Source: an uncultured delta proteobacterium
GTDB lineage: Bacteria; Desulfobacterota; Binatia; UBA9968
Length of the DNA: 64,000 nucleotides
Reading direction: 5' to 3'
Assembly (NCBI GenBank): GCA_963737905.1
Contig: CAVTUQ010000007.1
Span: 352,001 to 416,000 of the forward strand
Of the stretch, positions 19,412-29,419 are shown in pieces (the first letter of the stretch is position 1; each line of letters starts with the position of its first letter). Under the pieces are notes generated by a model. That model ran no database searches, had not been told where the DNA came from, and worked only from the letters and a program-made list of their open reading frames with translations. The position numbers and the translations under genes are program-made.

Positions 19412-20630
19412 AGCTGCCGGCGAAGCCGCCTTTTTCGGAGCGATCCCAGGTGCTGGGGCTGATAAAGGCTGTATCGTACTTTGAACGCGCGCGTGAGTCT
19501 GTGCTTTCCAGGATGGTGACAAAATTATTGGTTCCCAGACCGCCGGTGCTCTGGGCAAGGCCGCGCTTAAACTCGCGCTTGGCTCGTGTTTGCCCTCGGA
19601 GCCGTTTTGTTACTTCTACGACTTGGGCCAATCCGCTTGCGCCAACCGGATGCCCGCGAGCTTTCAAGCCACCCGAAGGGTTAATCGGCAATCTCCCTTC
19701 GAGAGCGGTTTTTCCTTCCACCGCCGCCTCACCTCCCTTGCCCGGGGGAAAGAATCCCAAATCTTCGGTAGTGATAATTTCGAAAGGAGTGAAGGCATCG
19801 TGGACTTCGGCAAAGTCGATGCCCTGGGGTGAGGTCTCCGCCATCTGATAGGCCCGGGCTGCAGCGATCCGTGTGGCCGGAAAAGAGGTAAAAATGTCTC
19901 TTTCCCGCAAGCTCAAGGGTCCTGTTCCCTGCCCTATTCCTGCCAACCGCACGTCGGTTTTTTCGCTCGTGAGGACCAGGGCTGCAGCCCCATCCGTGAT
20001 CGGCGCGCAATCGTAGAGGCGCAGCGGCGTGGCGATAAATTTGCTCTCCAGGTAAGCCTCTCGCGTAATCGCTTTTTGGAACTGGGCCAAAGAATTGCGT
20101 GAACCGTTGAGATGATTCTTCAATGCCACGCTGCAAAGCATATTTTCCAAACGGGACTGAGAGAGGCGAAATTTTTGCCGGTACTTCTCGGTAATCATCG
20201 CTGCCAGCGCCGGCATGGTCGCGCCGCACTGGCGTTCCTGCTTGTCGATGACCTCTGCCAGGATGCGCGTGGTGGCGCTGGTGCTGAGATGGGTCATCTT
20301 CTCTCCGCCCAGGACCAAGACCCGGCGATAGTATCCGGAAGCAACGGCCTGAAAGCCGGCTTGAAGAGCGGCGGCCCCGGCCGAGGAGGCGGTCTCGATT
20401 CGCAGGGCCGGAATGCCGGTTAAACCCAGCGCCTCGGCAATCTGGGAGGCGATGTTACTTTCGCCGGTAAACTCCTCGGGGTTCATGGATCCGATATAGA
20501 TAGCCTCCACCGGCTTTCCCTCGGAGGCGGCAAGTGCCTCTTGACCCGCCTGGCAAAAGATCTCGACGATGGGCCTAGGATCTTTGCCGAACTTGGTCAT
20601 ACCGATGCCGTCCACGTATACCGACTGCAT
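19401..20630 (-). CDS. SCP2-type thiolase-family protein lacking the N-terminal catalytic Cys
   Basis: GMTKFG, ETASSAG (no Cys), EVHDAF, GHPVGASG. Confidence 0.85.
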   Translation of the reverse strand: MQSVYVDGIGMTKFGKDPRPIVEIFCQAGQEALAASEGKPVEAIYIGSMNPEEFTGESNIASQIAEALGLTGIPALRIETASSAGAAALQAGFQAVASGYYRRVLVLGGEKMTHLSTSATTRILAEVIDKQERQCGATMPALAAMITEKYRQKFRLSQSRLENMLCSVALKNHLNGSRNSLAQFQKAITREAYLESKFIATPLRLYDCAPITDGAAALVLTSEKTDVRLAGIGQGTGPLSLRERDIFTSFPATRIAAARAYQMAETSPQGIDFAEVHDAFTPFEIITTEDLGFFPPGKGGEAAVEGKTALEGRLPINPSGGLKARGHPVGASGLAQVVEVTKRLRGQTRAKREFKRGLAQSTGGLGTNNFVTILESTDSRARSKYDTAFISPSTWDRSEKGGFAGSYAR

Positions 20631-20896
20631 AGCAGTTCAATTTTATACCGCTGGACGCGTTAATTCCATGATGTAGCTGCTCGAAATTCTAGACGAAGGA
20701 TGACCGACTTGCCGCCCTCGATATCAGACTAAAAGATTCTGGGCATCTTTTCCGATACGAAGAGATTAAGTTTATGTTAACTACGTGTCGCCGGCATTTG
20801 GGAACCCCCGAGAAAAATGTGTCTGTGAATATTGACTTCGCATTCGCCTTTGCATAGGTAAGCAGTGTCAGACTATTTTATTAGCGGAGGATTAGT

Positions 20897-21565
20897 ATGG
20901 GACAGATGGTGAGTTTCAAGCGGCCCGACGGCAAAGATTGTAATAGCTATCTCGCCAGTCCTGCGGGCAGTGACAAGGCCCCGGGTGTGGTCGTCATCCA
21001 GGAATGGTGGGGTCTAAACGATCAGATTAAAGGTGTGGCAGAACGGCTCGCCGCCCTTGGCTACCGCGCACTGGTTCCCGACCTCTACAAGGGCAAGGTT
21101 ACCCTCGACGCCGCCGAGGCCAAGCATATGATGACCAATCTCAACTTCGGCGATGCGGCGACACAGGATGTTCGCGGCGGGGCCCAGTATCTCAAGCAAT
21201 CCAGCACCAAAGTTGGCGTTGTAGGTTTTTGCATGGGTGGCGCTCTAACCGTGCTCGCGGCGCTCTATGTCAAGGAAGCCAATGCTTGCTCTTCCTGGTA
21301 TGGTTTTCCACCCGAACAAGCCGGCGATGTCAAAACCATCACCGTACCGCTGCAGCTTCATCTCGCGGAGAAAGACGCCTCCTTTAGTCCCGACGGAGCG
21401 CGAGCCCTCGAAGCCAAGCTGAAAGAAGGCAAAGTGCCATTTGAGTCCTATTGGTATGACGCCGGCCATGCCTTCGGCAATGAGACGGGTGCGAACTATA
21501 ATGCGCAATGCGAAAAGCTCGCCTGGGACCGCACCACGGAGTTCTTCGCGAAGCACCTGAAATAA
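20897..21565 (+). CDS. dienelactone hydrolase family protein
   Basis: IQEWWG, GFCMGG, AGHAF. Confidence 0.93.
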   Translation: MGQMVSFKRPDGKDCNSYLASPAGSDKAPGVVVIQEWWGLNDQIKGVAERLAALGYRALVPDLYKGKVTLDAAEAKHMMTNLNFGDAATQDVRGGAQYLKQSSTKVGVVGFCMGGALTVLAALYVKEANACSSWYGFPPEQAGDVKTITVPLQLHLAEKDASFSPDGARALEAKLKEGKVPFESYWYDAGHAFGNETGANYNAQCEKLAWDRTTEFFAKHLK

Positions 21566-21667
21566 AAACCACCTTCGCAATACCCGGCACGGACGGCCTA
21601 TCCTATGCCTTAGGCGGCCAGCAACAGCGCAGCCTAAACGGCTCACTGAATAGTTCTCCGTCCTAAC

Positions 21668-21955
21668 CTACTTTTTGCTCTTCAAAATCCCTTCCAGCTT
21701 TCTGCGGTCGTCTTCGCCGATTCTTTCTTGAGCACTTTTGTCGGACGGTTTGGTTGACCTATCTATTTGCTTGCTCGCTTTCGTCGTTGGCATCCTATCC
21801 TCTCGGTCAACACGGCCAGTGATATCGTACCAGTAGAACCAGAGCAGAAAGGCGAGAAACCATATGAGGAGCGGGGTGAAGAGGAATGTGCAGATGTAGA
21901 GAAGCAGGTTTCTGAGCCAACTTCTCTTGCTTGTTTTTTTCTTAGCCACTGCCAA
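21668..21955 (-). CDS. small hypothetical membrane protein
   Basis: Basic N-terminus and one TM helix; last gene of the minus-strand operon. Confidence 0.65.
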   Translation of the reverse strand: MAVAKKKTSKRSWLRNLLLYICTFLFTPLLIWFLAFLLWFYWYDITGRVDREDRMPTTKASKQIDRSTKPSDKSAQERIGEDDRRKLEGILKSKK

Positions 21956-21958
21956 GGC

Positions 21959-22023
21959 GGTTCAAAGTTCAAGGTTCAATGTTTTAGACCCGGAGGCTGG
22001 ACTTTGAACGCTGAACCTCGAAC
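21959..22023. repeat. heptamer-repeat hairpin
   Basis: (GTTCAAA/GTTCAAG/GTTCAAT) ... (TTTGAAC/GCTGAAC/CTCGAAC). Confidence 0.75.
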
Positions 22024-22029
22024 GTTACG

Positions 22030-22980
22030 TCAGTAGTTGGGTTTATGTTCGAAGTAGTGGGTGGCGTTGATGATGCGAATGGTGCGGGTACTCGAGCGCA
22101 TCACCACCGACTGGGTCGTCGCGCCGCCGGGAAAAAAATGTACGCCCTGCAGGTAGTCGCCGTCGGTGACTCCCGTTGCCGCAAACATCACATCGCCCGC
22201 CGCCAGCTCTTCGATGGAAAACTTTTTGTTGATATCTTTGATTCCCATCTTCGTGGCCCGCTCGATTTCGTCGTCGTTTCTCGGTTTAAGACGGCCCTGC
22301 ATGTCCCCTCCGACACAGCGCAGCGCGGCGGCGGCCAGGACTCCTTCGGGAGCGCCGCCGATCCCCATCAAGAGATCAATACCGGTCTCCGGCTTGGTCG
22401 TCGCGATGGCCGCAGAGACGTCGCCGTCGCCGATCAAGCGAATGCGCGCGCCGGCTTGGCGGACTTCTTTGATAAGCGCTTCGTGGCGCGGACGGTAGAG
22501 AATAATCACCGTCAGGTCTTCGACCTTGCACTTCTTCGATTCGGCGAGCGCGTTGAGATTTTGTGTCGGGGTTTTGTCGAGATCGACGACGCCTTTTCCG
22601 GCTGGGCCGACGGCGATCTTATCCATGTAGGTGTCCGGACTATGGAGAAAGTTTCCATGCTCGGCCATGGCGATAACGGCCAGCGCGTTGGGGGCGCCGT
22701 TGGCGCAGATCGTCGTCCCTTCCAACGGATCCAAAGCGATGTCGACCTTCGGTCCCCCAGCTCCGACCTTTTCACCGATGTAGAGCATCGGCGCCTCGTC
22801 CCGCTCGCCTTCGCCGATGACGATGGTCCCATCGATGGTGAGGGCATTAAAAGCCCGGCGCATCGCATCGACTGCCGCCTGGTCCGCGGCCGTTTCGTCG
22901 CCACGCCCTGTTAGCCGGGCACAGCTCAGTGCCGCCGCTTCAGTAACGCGAACAGCTTCTAAGGCTAAGTTTCGGTCCAC
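22030..22980 (-). CDS. glpX: class II fructose-1,6-bisphosphatase
   Basis: VIGEGERDEAPMLY, DPLEGT, GGAPEG, ATGVTDG. Confidence 0.96.
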   Translation of the reverse strand: MDRNLALEAVRVTEAAALSCARLTGRGDETAADQAAVDAMRRAFNALTIDGTIVIGEGERDEAPMLYIGEKVGAGGPKVDIALDPLEGTTICANGAPNALAVIAMAEHGNFLHSPDTYMDKIAVGPAGKGVVDLDKTPTQNLNALAESKKCKVEDLTVIILYRPRHEALIKEVRQAGARIRLIGDGDVSAAIATTKPETGIDLLMGIGGAPEGVLAAAALRCVGGDMQGRLKPRNDDEIERATKMGIKDINKKFSIEELAAGDVMFAATGVTDGDYLQGVHFFPGGATTQSVVMRSSTRTIRIINATHYFEHKPNY

Positions 22981-24185
22981 GTTGACCTCCCTTCGATCAG
23001 CGCCTCCATTAATTTGAAGGCTTGTTTTGCGACTATGCCGGTTTTAGCGGCATCCATTTCGTTGTAGCCCACAGTGCCGTTATTGCGAGGTTCTGCCGCG
23101 GAATAGAGAACAAAGGGCACCGGATCGGAGACATGGGTTTTCAGCGCGATCGCAGTGGGATGATCGGGCATCAAAAGAACACGCCAATCTTTTCTATGGG
23201 CCATTCTCGCGAGCACGGTACCAACGACTTTTTCGTCGAAGTCTTCGATGGCCTGAATCTTTTTCTCAACATCGCCCATATGACCGGCCTCGTCAATGGC
23301 TTCGACATGGATGAAGACAAAATCATTTTTCTCCAAAGAGTTGACGCCGTACTCGCCCTTGCCTCTGTAGTTGGTGTCTAAGAAACCGGTGATGCCCGGC
23401 ACAAAGATGCGTTCGAGGCCGGCGTATACGCCCAGCCCGTGTATGATATCCACCGCCGAAATCACTCCGCCGCGAATGCCGAATCTTTCGGTCAAAGAAG
23501 GCAGCGCCGGCGCCCTCCCCTGCCCCCAAAGCCAGATGGAAGTGGCGGTCCGGCGACCTTCTACCGCTCGTTTTTTGTTGACAGGATGATCAGCAAGGAT
23601 CGGCTTCGAAGCCTCCATGAGTTCGCGCAGCACTTCGGCACCGTCGCCGTTCGGCATATAGGATGCGATCTTCTGGTCCGTGATGTCGTGCGGCGGGGTT
23701 GTTTCCATTTTTTCTTTGCCATCCCGCCAGACCATCAGATGGCGATAGCTCACACCCGGGAAGAATTCGATCCCATTTCCACCCAGTTCTTTTGCGATGT
23801 CATGGATGATCGCGCTCGCTTCTTCGGTAGATATGTGCCCGGAAGTGAAATCCTCCATGAACGTATCACTACCGCTCCCGCCCAGAGTCACCAGGTTGCA
23901 GCGAAAAGCGATGTCCTTGGGTCCCAGTGCCACACCCATGCTGGCCGCTTCGAGGGGCGAGCGACCGGTGTGATAGACCGCCGGATCGTAGCCCATGATG
24001 CTCATGTTGCCCACATCGCTGCCAGGTGGAAATCCCTTGGGTATCACGTGAGCCAGGCCAAATACGCCGCGCGTAGCGAGCCAATCCATGTGGGGCGTCT
24101 TGGCGGCCTCCAGCGGGGTTTTTCCTCCTAAAACATCTAACGGATAATCGGCCATGCCGTCGCCCTGAAGGATGATGTACTTCAC
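22965..24185 (-). CDS. apgM: cofactor-independent phosphoglycerate mutase (archaeal type)
   Basis: GDGMAD, GSDVGN, DEAGH, PDHPT; start set at the GTG of VKYIIL. Confidence 0.9.
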   Translation of the reverse strand: MKYIILQGDGMADYPLDVLGGKTPLEAAKTPHMDWLATRGVFGLAHVIPKGFPPGSDVGNMSIMGYDPAVYHTGRSPLEAASMGVALGPKDIAFRCNLVTLGGSGSDTFMEDFTSGHISTEEASAIIHDIAKELGGNGIEFFPGVSYRHLMVWRDGKEKMETTPPHDITDQKIASYMPNGDGAEVLRELMEASKPILADHPVNKKRAVEGRRTATSIWLWGQGRAPALPSLTERFGIRGGVISAVDIIHGLGVYAGLERIFVPGITGFLDTNYRGKGEYGVNSLEKNDFVFIHVEAIDEAGHMGDVEKKIQAIEDFDEKVVGTVLARMAHRKDWRVLLMPDHPTAIALKTHVSDPVPFVLYSAAEPRNNGTVGYNEMDAAKTGIVAKQAFKLMEALIEGRSTWTET

Positions 24186-24225
24186 TGGTGTAAACCCACC
24201 CTGAAAGTTTTTCTTGTTCGCTCTC

Positions 24226-24277
24226 GGTTCGAGTTTCCAGGTTCGAAGATCAACGTTGAACCCGAAACTTGGAATTC
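24226..24277. repeat. heptamer-repeat hairpin
   Basis: GGTTCGAGTTTCCAGGTTCGA ... TTGAACCCGAAACTTGGAATT between hom and apgM. Confidence 0.65.
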
Positions 24278-24309
24278 TGAACAGCGCGAGGGCGCCGCGC
24301 GCCTTCGCC

Positions 24310-25702
24310 TCACTTCGTTCCCCACATCGGAAACCAAACGGGATCGACAAGGATATAATCCCGATCGCGAATAGAATCCAGAGCCTCACGCATCTGCCGC
24401 AGAGTCGCGCGTTCCAGAGTGATCACAAAGGGCAAAATCGCTCTCGGGTTTTCTTTCAGATTATAGCTCTCCGTCAAGGCTCGCAACTCTTCTTCGTTGT
24501 GTCGAAGCTGCCAGATCTCGGAAATATTTACCGCCAAACGGCCGAAGGTCTGGCCGATGTCGCCGACGATGCCGGCACGATCTTTGACAATGAAGCGGAC
24601 ATAGAAAGAGCCTTCGATCTCTTCTGCCGGTTGAATTTCAAGCGACCCTTCCGGCACCAGACTCGGGAGACCAGCGAATCGGCCGTTTCCCCGCGCGAGT
24701 TCACAAACGTCGCCGAGCACGGCGACGGCCGTGGGGCCGCCGCCCGCACCCGGACCGACCAGAACATAATCGCAATCTCGATCGGCTTGCGCCCCGCCAC
24801 TTTTCTTACCCTTGAAGCAAATGGCATTGGTGGCGCCGTCAATTCCGGAGAGAAAATGTGCCGCGCGGCAGTAATACGGGAGAGACAAAAACTTCGACGG
24901 CCTGACCCTTCCGTTTAGCCACGGCGAGGTGCTTGATGGTGCTCGCACCGGTCCTTCCCGCGTAGCGGAAGTCGACGGCATGAATGTCCTCGATGCCTTT
25001 ACGCCAGGTTGTGCCGGGTTGGAGCTGAAGGCCGAAAACCACGGCGTTCAAAAGCAATAATTTGGCTTCCGCGTCGCTGCCGCTAACATCTGCCGTCGGA
25101 TTGGTTTCGGCGTAGCCTTTCTGTTGCGCCTCTTTTAAAGCATCGGCATACGGTTTAGCGCTTTTCTCCATCTGCGAGAGGATGTAGTTGCACGTTCCGT
25201 TGACAATACCAAAGACTGTTTCAGGTTCCTCAACGGCGAAGCTTTCCGTCAGCGAGCGTATGATCGGAATGCCGCCGCCGACGCACGCCTCGAATCGCAG
25301 TTGCCGGCCATGTTTTTCAGCCGCTGCCCATAGCTCTTTGCCGAATCGAGCCAGCACCGCCTTGTCGGAGGTAACAACCGATTTTCCCTTCCCGAGCGCT
25401 CGCAGGATGTAGTCTCGAAATATGGGAAGCTGCGCTTCGTGCTGAAAGCCGAGGACCTCGACAACGATCTCCACGCCTGGATCGTCAATGACGTCCTCCG
25501 CTTTTGTTGCAAAGAGGGACGAGCGGTTGGGGAACCACTTCTTTTCTTTCGGTGTGCGTGTGTAGATCTTGCGGATCTCCAACTCCAGGTCGCTCCCCAC
25601 TTGACCCTTAAGATCAAAGACAATGTCCTGAATTGCCTCGCCCACCACACCGGAGCCGAGCAAACCGAGACCAACCTTATGCCGTGTCTTAACGGATGCC
25701 AT
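24310..25702 (-). CDS. hom: homoserine dehydrogenase with ACT domain (one frameshift near 24865, probably an assembly error)
   Basis: GSGVVG, FEACVGGGIP, GIVNGTCNYIL, GYAE in 24839-25708; IDGATNAI, GPGAGG and ACT domain in 24310-24981. Confidence 0.9.
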
Positions 25703-25773
25703 TATCAAACCTCATCTCGAGTATTCGCAGCGGAGTGACTGTGGTGTGAGCCTCTCCAGTCGCGGGCAAACTC

Positions 25774-25839
25774 AGTTTCGAGTTCCGAGTTTAAAGTTCC
25801 GGGTTCTGACTCGAAACGCAGAACTCGAAACCCGAAACT
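25774..25839. repeat. heptamer-repeat hairpin
   Basis: AGTTTCGAGTTCCGAGTTT ... ACTCGAAACGCAGAACTCGAAACCCGAAACT. Confidence 0.75.
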
Positions 25840-25842
25840 TGT

Positions 25843-27021
25843 TTAGTCGAGCAACTTGCCCAACGCTCGCCGGATGTTGCGTACTGCCTGCTTGGTGCGA
25901 TGTTCGTTTTCGATCAAGGCAAAGCGGACGTGATCGTCGCCGTACTGGCCGAAACCGATGCCGGGTGACACCGCGACCTTAGCTTCCTGAAGCAAGAATT
26001 TGGAAAACTCCACGGAACCCATCTTCTTCGCCGGCTCCGGGATCTCCGCCCAGACAAACATCGTGCCCTTTGGTTTCGCTATTTTCCAACCTGCCCGGTC
26101 AAGGCTATCAACCAATGAGTCCCTGCGCTTTTGATACATCAGCCGGATCCCTTCGACGCAGTCTTGAGGGCCCTTCAAGGCGTGAATCGCAGCGATCTGG
26201 ATCGGCTGAAAAATCCCGTAGTCGAGGTAACTCTTGATTCGCGCCAGGGCATGGATAATATCCCGATTACCGACCGCAAACCCCACCCGCCACCCGGGCA
26301 TGTTGTAACTTTTCGACAGCGAAAAAAATTCGACGCCGATTTCTTTGGCGCCCGGAACCTGAAGAAAGCTCGGCGCCTGGTAGCCGTCGAAGGTCAAATC
26401 CGCATACGCCAAGTCGTGAATGACGATCAGCTCATTTTCCTGCGCGAACTTAACAATGCGCTCGAAGAAATCCAGCTCCACCACTTCCGTCGTTGGATTA
26501 TGAGGAAAACTGATGATAAGCAGTTTGGGCTTCGGCCACGTCTGCTTCACTGCTTCTTCGAGGTGGCCCAAAAACCCCTCGCTACTAATAAGCGGAATAC
26601 AACGAAGATCGCCGCCCGCCAAGATCATGGCAAATTGATGGATCGGATACGTCGGGCTGGGACACAGGACAACGTCTCCGGGGTCCACAATCGCCCACGC
26701 CAAATGCGACAACCCTTCCTTGGCGCCGATAGTGACGATCGCCTCGCTGTCGGGATCAAGGCCCACCTGATAGCGCCGCTTGTACCAATCGCAGATAGCA
26801 ACACGGAGCTTGTAAATGCCCCGGGACACGGAGTACCGATGATTTTGCGGTTTGCTCGCCGCTTCGACCAGCTTGGCGACAACGTGCGGCGGCGTTGGTA
26901 AATCCGGGTTACCCATGCCGAAGTCGACGATATCTTCGCCCCGACGACGCGCCTCCATTTTCATGCCGTCGATGATGCTGAAGACATAGGGGGGAAGCCG
27001 TTTGATTCGTTGAAATTCCAC
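25843..27021 (-). CDS. alaC: class I/II PLP aminotransferase, AlaC type
   Basis: [35 protein letters not shown]; upstream of hom. Confidence 0.85.
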   Translation of the reverse strand: MEFQRIKRLPPYVFSIIDGMKMEARRRGEDIVDFGMGNPDLPTPPHVVAKLVEAASKPQNHRYSVSRGIYKLRVAICDWYKRRYQVGLDPDSEAIVTIGAKEGLSHLAWAIVDPGDVVLCPSPTYPIHQFAMILAGGDLRCIPLISSEGFLGHLEEAVKQTWPKPKLLIISFPHNPTTEVVELDFFERIVKFAQENELIVIHDLAYADLTFDGYQAPSFLQVPGAKEIGVEFFSLSKSYNMPGWRVGFAVGNRDIIHALARIKSYLDYGIFQPIQIAAIHALKGPQDCVEGIRLMYQKRRDSLVDSLDRAGWKIAKPKGTMFVWAEIPEPAKKMGSVEFSKFLLQEAKVAVSPGIGFGQYGDDHVRFALIENEHRTKQAVRNIRRALGKLLD

Positions 27022-27109
27022 TAAGCTCTACCTCATGCGCTTAAGTAGTGCATTCTAAACTACTTTTATAGGCGATGGTAGCGAAGGGTGCAACTTGGGA
27101 AAATCTGGA

Positions 27110-27186
27110 GTTCAAGGTTTAAAGTTCAATGTTCAAAGTCGCGCGAACGAGTTGAAACGTTGAACCTGGAACATTGAACCTTGAAC
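27110..27186. repeat. heptamer-repeat hairpin
   Basis: GTTCAAGGTTTAAAGTTCAATGTTCAA ... TTGAACCTGGAACATTGAACCTTGAAC. Confidence 0.78.
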
Positions 27187-27203
27187 GGGGCCTTCATCGT
27201 GCA

Positions 27204-29411
27204 CTAGCCAACCGCGCCCAGCTGCAGCCGTTGCCCCCAACGATGCAGCAAGACTTCTCGAAGCTCTGAAGATTCCGAGCGGCTTAGCTCGGGGTCCTTT
27301 TCAAGCCAGGCTTGGGCTTCTTTGCGCGCTTCCATCAAGATCTTGGCGTCGCGGACGAGATTGGCCAAGCGGAAATCTCCTAAACCGGATTGGCGCGTGC
27401 CTAAGAACTCACCCGGACCCCGCATGGCAAGATCGGCTTCAGCGATCTTGAAACCGTCGCGTTCCCGCTCCATGACACGCAGCCTCTTTTCCGCCAGTGG
27501 ATTACGCGGCGCGCGATTGATCAGCAAGCAGTATCCTGCCGCACTCCCTCGACCTACCCGGCCCCGAAGCTGATGCAACTGGGAAAGTCCAAAGCGCTCC
27601 GCATGCTCGATGACCATGACCGTGGCACTAGGAATATCGATGCCGACCTCGATGACAGTGGTGGCGACGAGCACGCCGATGGCGCCGTCTCTGAAGGAGC
27701 GCATGACGTCGTCCCGCTCCGCCGTGGACATTTTGCCATGCACAAGACCGACCCCGAAGTCTTTAAACACTCCCTGCCGCATCTTTTCCGCCATTTGCGT
27801 CGCGTCTCGGACCCGTACGAGCTCTTCAGAGGCCTCAACCAAAGGATAGACGATAAAGGCTTGACGCCCCGCGCGAAGCTCTTTGATGACCAATTGGTAA
27901 ACCGACCGGCGGCATTGCTCGTAATAAACTTTAGTTTGAGTCGGCAAACGTCCTGGTGGCATTTCATCTAAAAAGGATACCTCCATGTCGCCATAAAGAA
28001 CCATGGCCAAACTGCGTGGAATCGGCGTCGCGCTCATGAGCAGCATGTGCGGCTGCTTCCCTATGGGAGCGGTGCCCGACTCGGTGGATAACAAACGCTG
28101 GAGTGATAGCCGTTGCATCACGCCGAACCGGTGCTGTTCATCGATGACTCCCAGTCCCAATTTCGGAACCGAGACTCCCTCCTGAATGAGAGCATGGGTG
28201 CCAACGACAAACTGAATTGCGCCACCACCGATACCTTCTAGCGTAGCCTTCCTATCTTTGGCCGCTTGGGATCCGGTTAGAAGTGTGGCTTTAACGCCCA
28301 ATGCGTCAGCGTAAGGACTCAAGTTGCGGAAATGCTGCTCAGCTAGCAGTTCAGTCGGCGCCATCCAGACCGCCTGGTAGCCGTTCTCAATGACCCGCAA
28401 GGACGCCAACCACGCCACCATCGTTTTGCCTGAACCGACATCGCCCTGGACGAGCCGCTGCATCGCCTGCCCTGAGCTCATGTTCTGATCGATCTCGCGC
28501 AGCACTCGCTCCTGTGCCCTGGTTAATTTAAACGGCAATAACTCGCTCATTCTCACCGTCAGCCGTTGCCGCGCAGGTTTGAAAGGTACGCCCGCTTCCC
28601 GCCTGCGTCCCTGCTTCCTCAGGCCCAAACCGAGTTGCAGATAGAAAAGCTCGTCGAAGACCACCGAGCGATGCGCAGAAGAAAAAAAACCGTTCAACGC
28701 GGTGAGGTCTGCCGTCGCACCGGGCTCGTGCAGTTGCGCCAATGCGTCGGCCAGAGTCATAAGACCTTGGCGTTGTTTGGTCGGCGCTGGTAAGTAACTC
28801 GGCAAAAAACGTGCGTACTGGCAGAGCGCTTGATGTACCCAATTTCGAAGCAAAGATAACGATACTGCGGCGGGGTGAACATAGACCGGCAATATTTTCT
28901 GCAACGACTCGTTGTCATCGGCTTCCAGCACCTCGAACTCCGGGTGAATGATCCGCTTTTGTCCGTTGAGCCCCGGTTCCACTTTACCGTGCACAAGAAG
29001 TCGTTGCCCCCGCGTTAAGCTATCGCTCAGGTACGCCGGCGCGCGATACCAGAGCAAGCCCAAGTTCCCGGTATCGTCTATGAGAGAACCGACCAGAAGC
29101 TGCGCCCGGCGGCGGGGATTGTATTTTTTTTGAAGCCCACGGATCTCTCCGACGAAAGTCTCCTCTCGTCCGATCATGGCATCAGAAATTTTTTTGATTT
29201 GCCTCCGGTCTTCGTAACGGAACGGCAGATGATAGAGCAGATCTTCGACTGATTTCAGGCCAAATTTTTCTAGTTCCTCGGCACGCTTGGGCCCGATCCC
29301 CTTGAGGAATCGGAGCGGCGTTTGCAAAACGCCAAGGGATTCTCTGATGGAAGGTCTTTTGCTTGGGTTCGGTACGGGTCGATTCGGCAAACTCTGATCC
29401 GACGGATTCAT
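27204..29411 (-). CDS. recG: ATP-dependent DNA helicase RecG
   Basis: QGDVGSGKT, DEQHRFG, SATPIPR, QLRGRVGRG. Confidence 0.97.
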   Translation of the reverse strand: MNPSDQSLPNRPVPNPSKRPSIRESLGVLQTPLRFLKGIGPKRAEELEKFGLKSVEDLLYHLPFRYEDRRQIKKISDAMIGREETFVGEIRGLQKKYNPRRRAQLLVGSLIDDTGNLGLLWYRAPAYLSDSLTRGQRLLVHGKVEPGLNGQKRIIHPEFEVLEADDNESLQKILPVYVHPAAVSLSLLRNWVHQALCQYARFLPSYLPAPTKQRQGLMTLADALAQLHEPGATADLTALNGFFSSAHRSVVFDELFYLQLGLGLRKQGRRREAGVPFKPARQRLTVRMSELLPFKLTRAQERVLREIDQNMSSGQAMQRLVQGDVGSGKTMVAWLASLRVIENGYQAVWMAPTELLAEQHFRNLSPYADALGVKATLLTGSQAAKDRKATLEGIGGGAIQFVVGTHALIQEGVSVPKLGLGVIDEQHRFGVMQRLSLQRLLSTESGTAPIGKQPHMLLMSATPIPRSLAMVLYGDMEVSFLDEMPPGRLPTQTKVYYEQCRRSVYQLVIKELRAGRQAFIVYPLVEASEELVRVRDATQMAEKMRQGVFKDFGVGLVHGKMSTAERDDVMRSFRDGAIGVLVATTVIEVGIDIPSATVMVIEHAERFGLSQLHQLRGRVGRGSAAGYCLLINRAPRNPLAEKRLRVMERERDGFKIAEADLAMRGPGEFLGTRQSGLGDFRLANLVRDAKILMEARKEAQAWLEKDPELSRSESSELREVLLHRWGQRLQLGAVG

Positions 29412-29419
29412 GAAATCCG

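Noticed and set aside
24186-24389. 68-aa N-terminal extension of ApgM in the ORF track
   Set aside because: It runs through a heptamer hairpin and the end of hom; homology begins at VKYIILQGDG.
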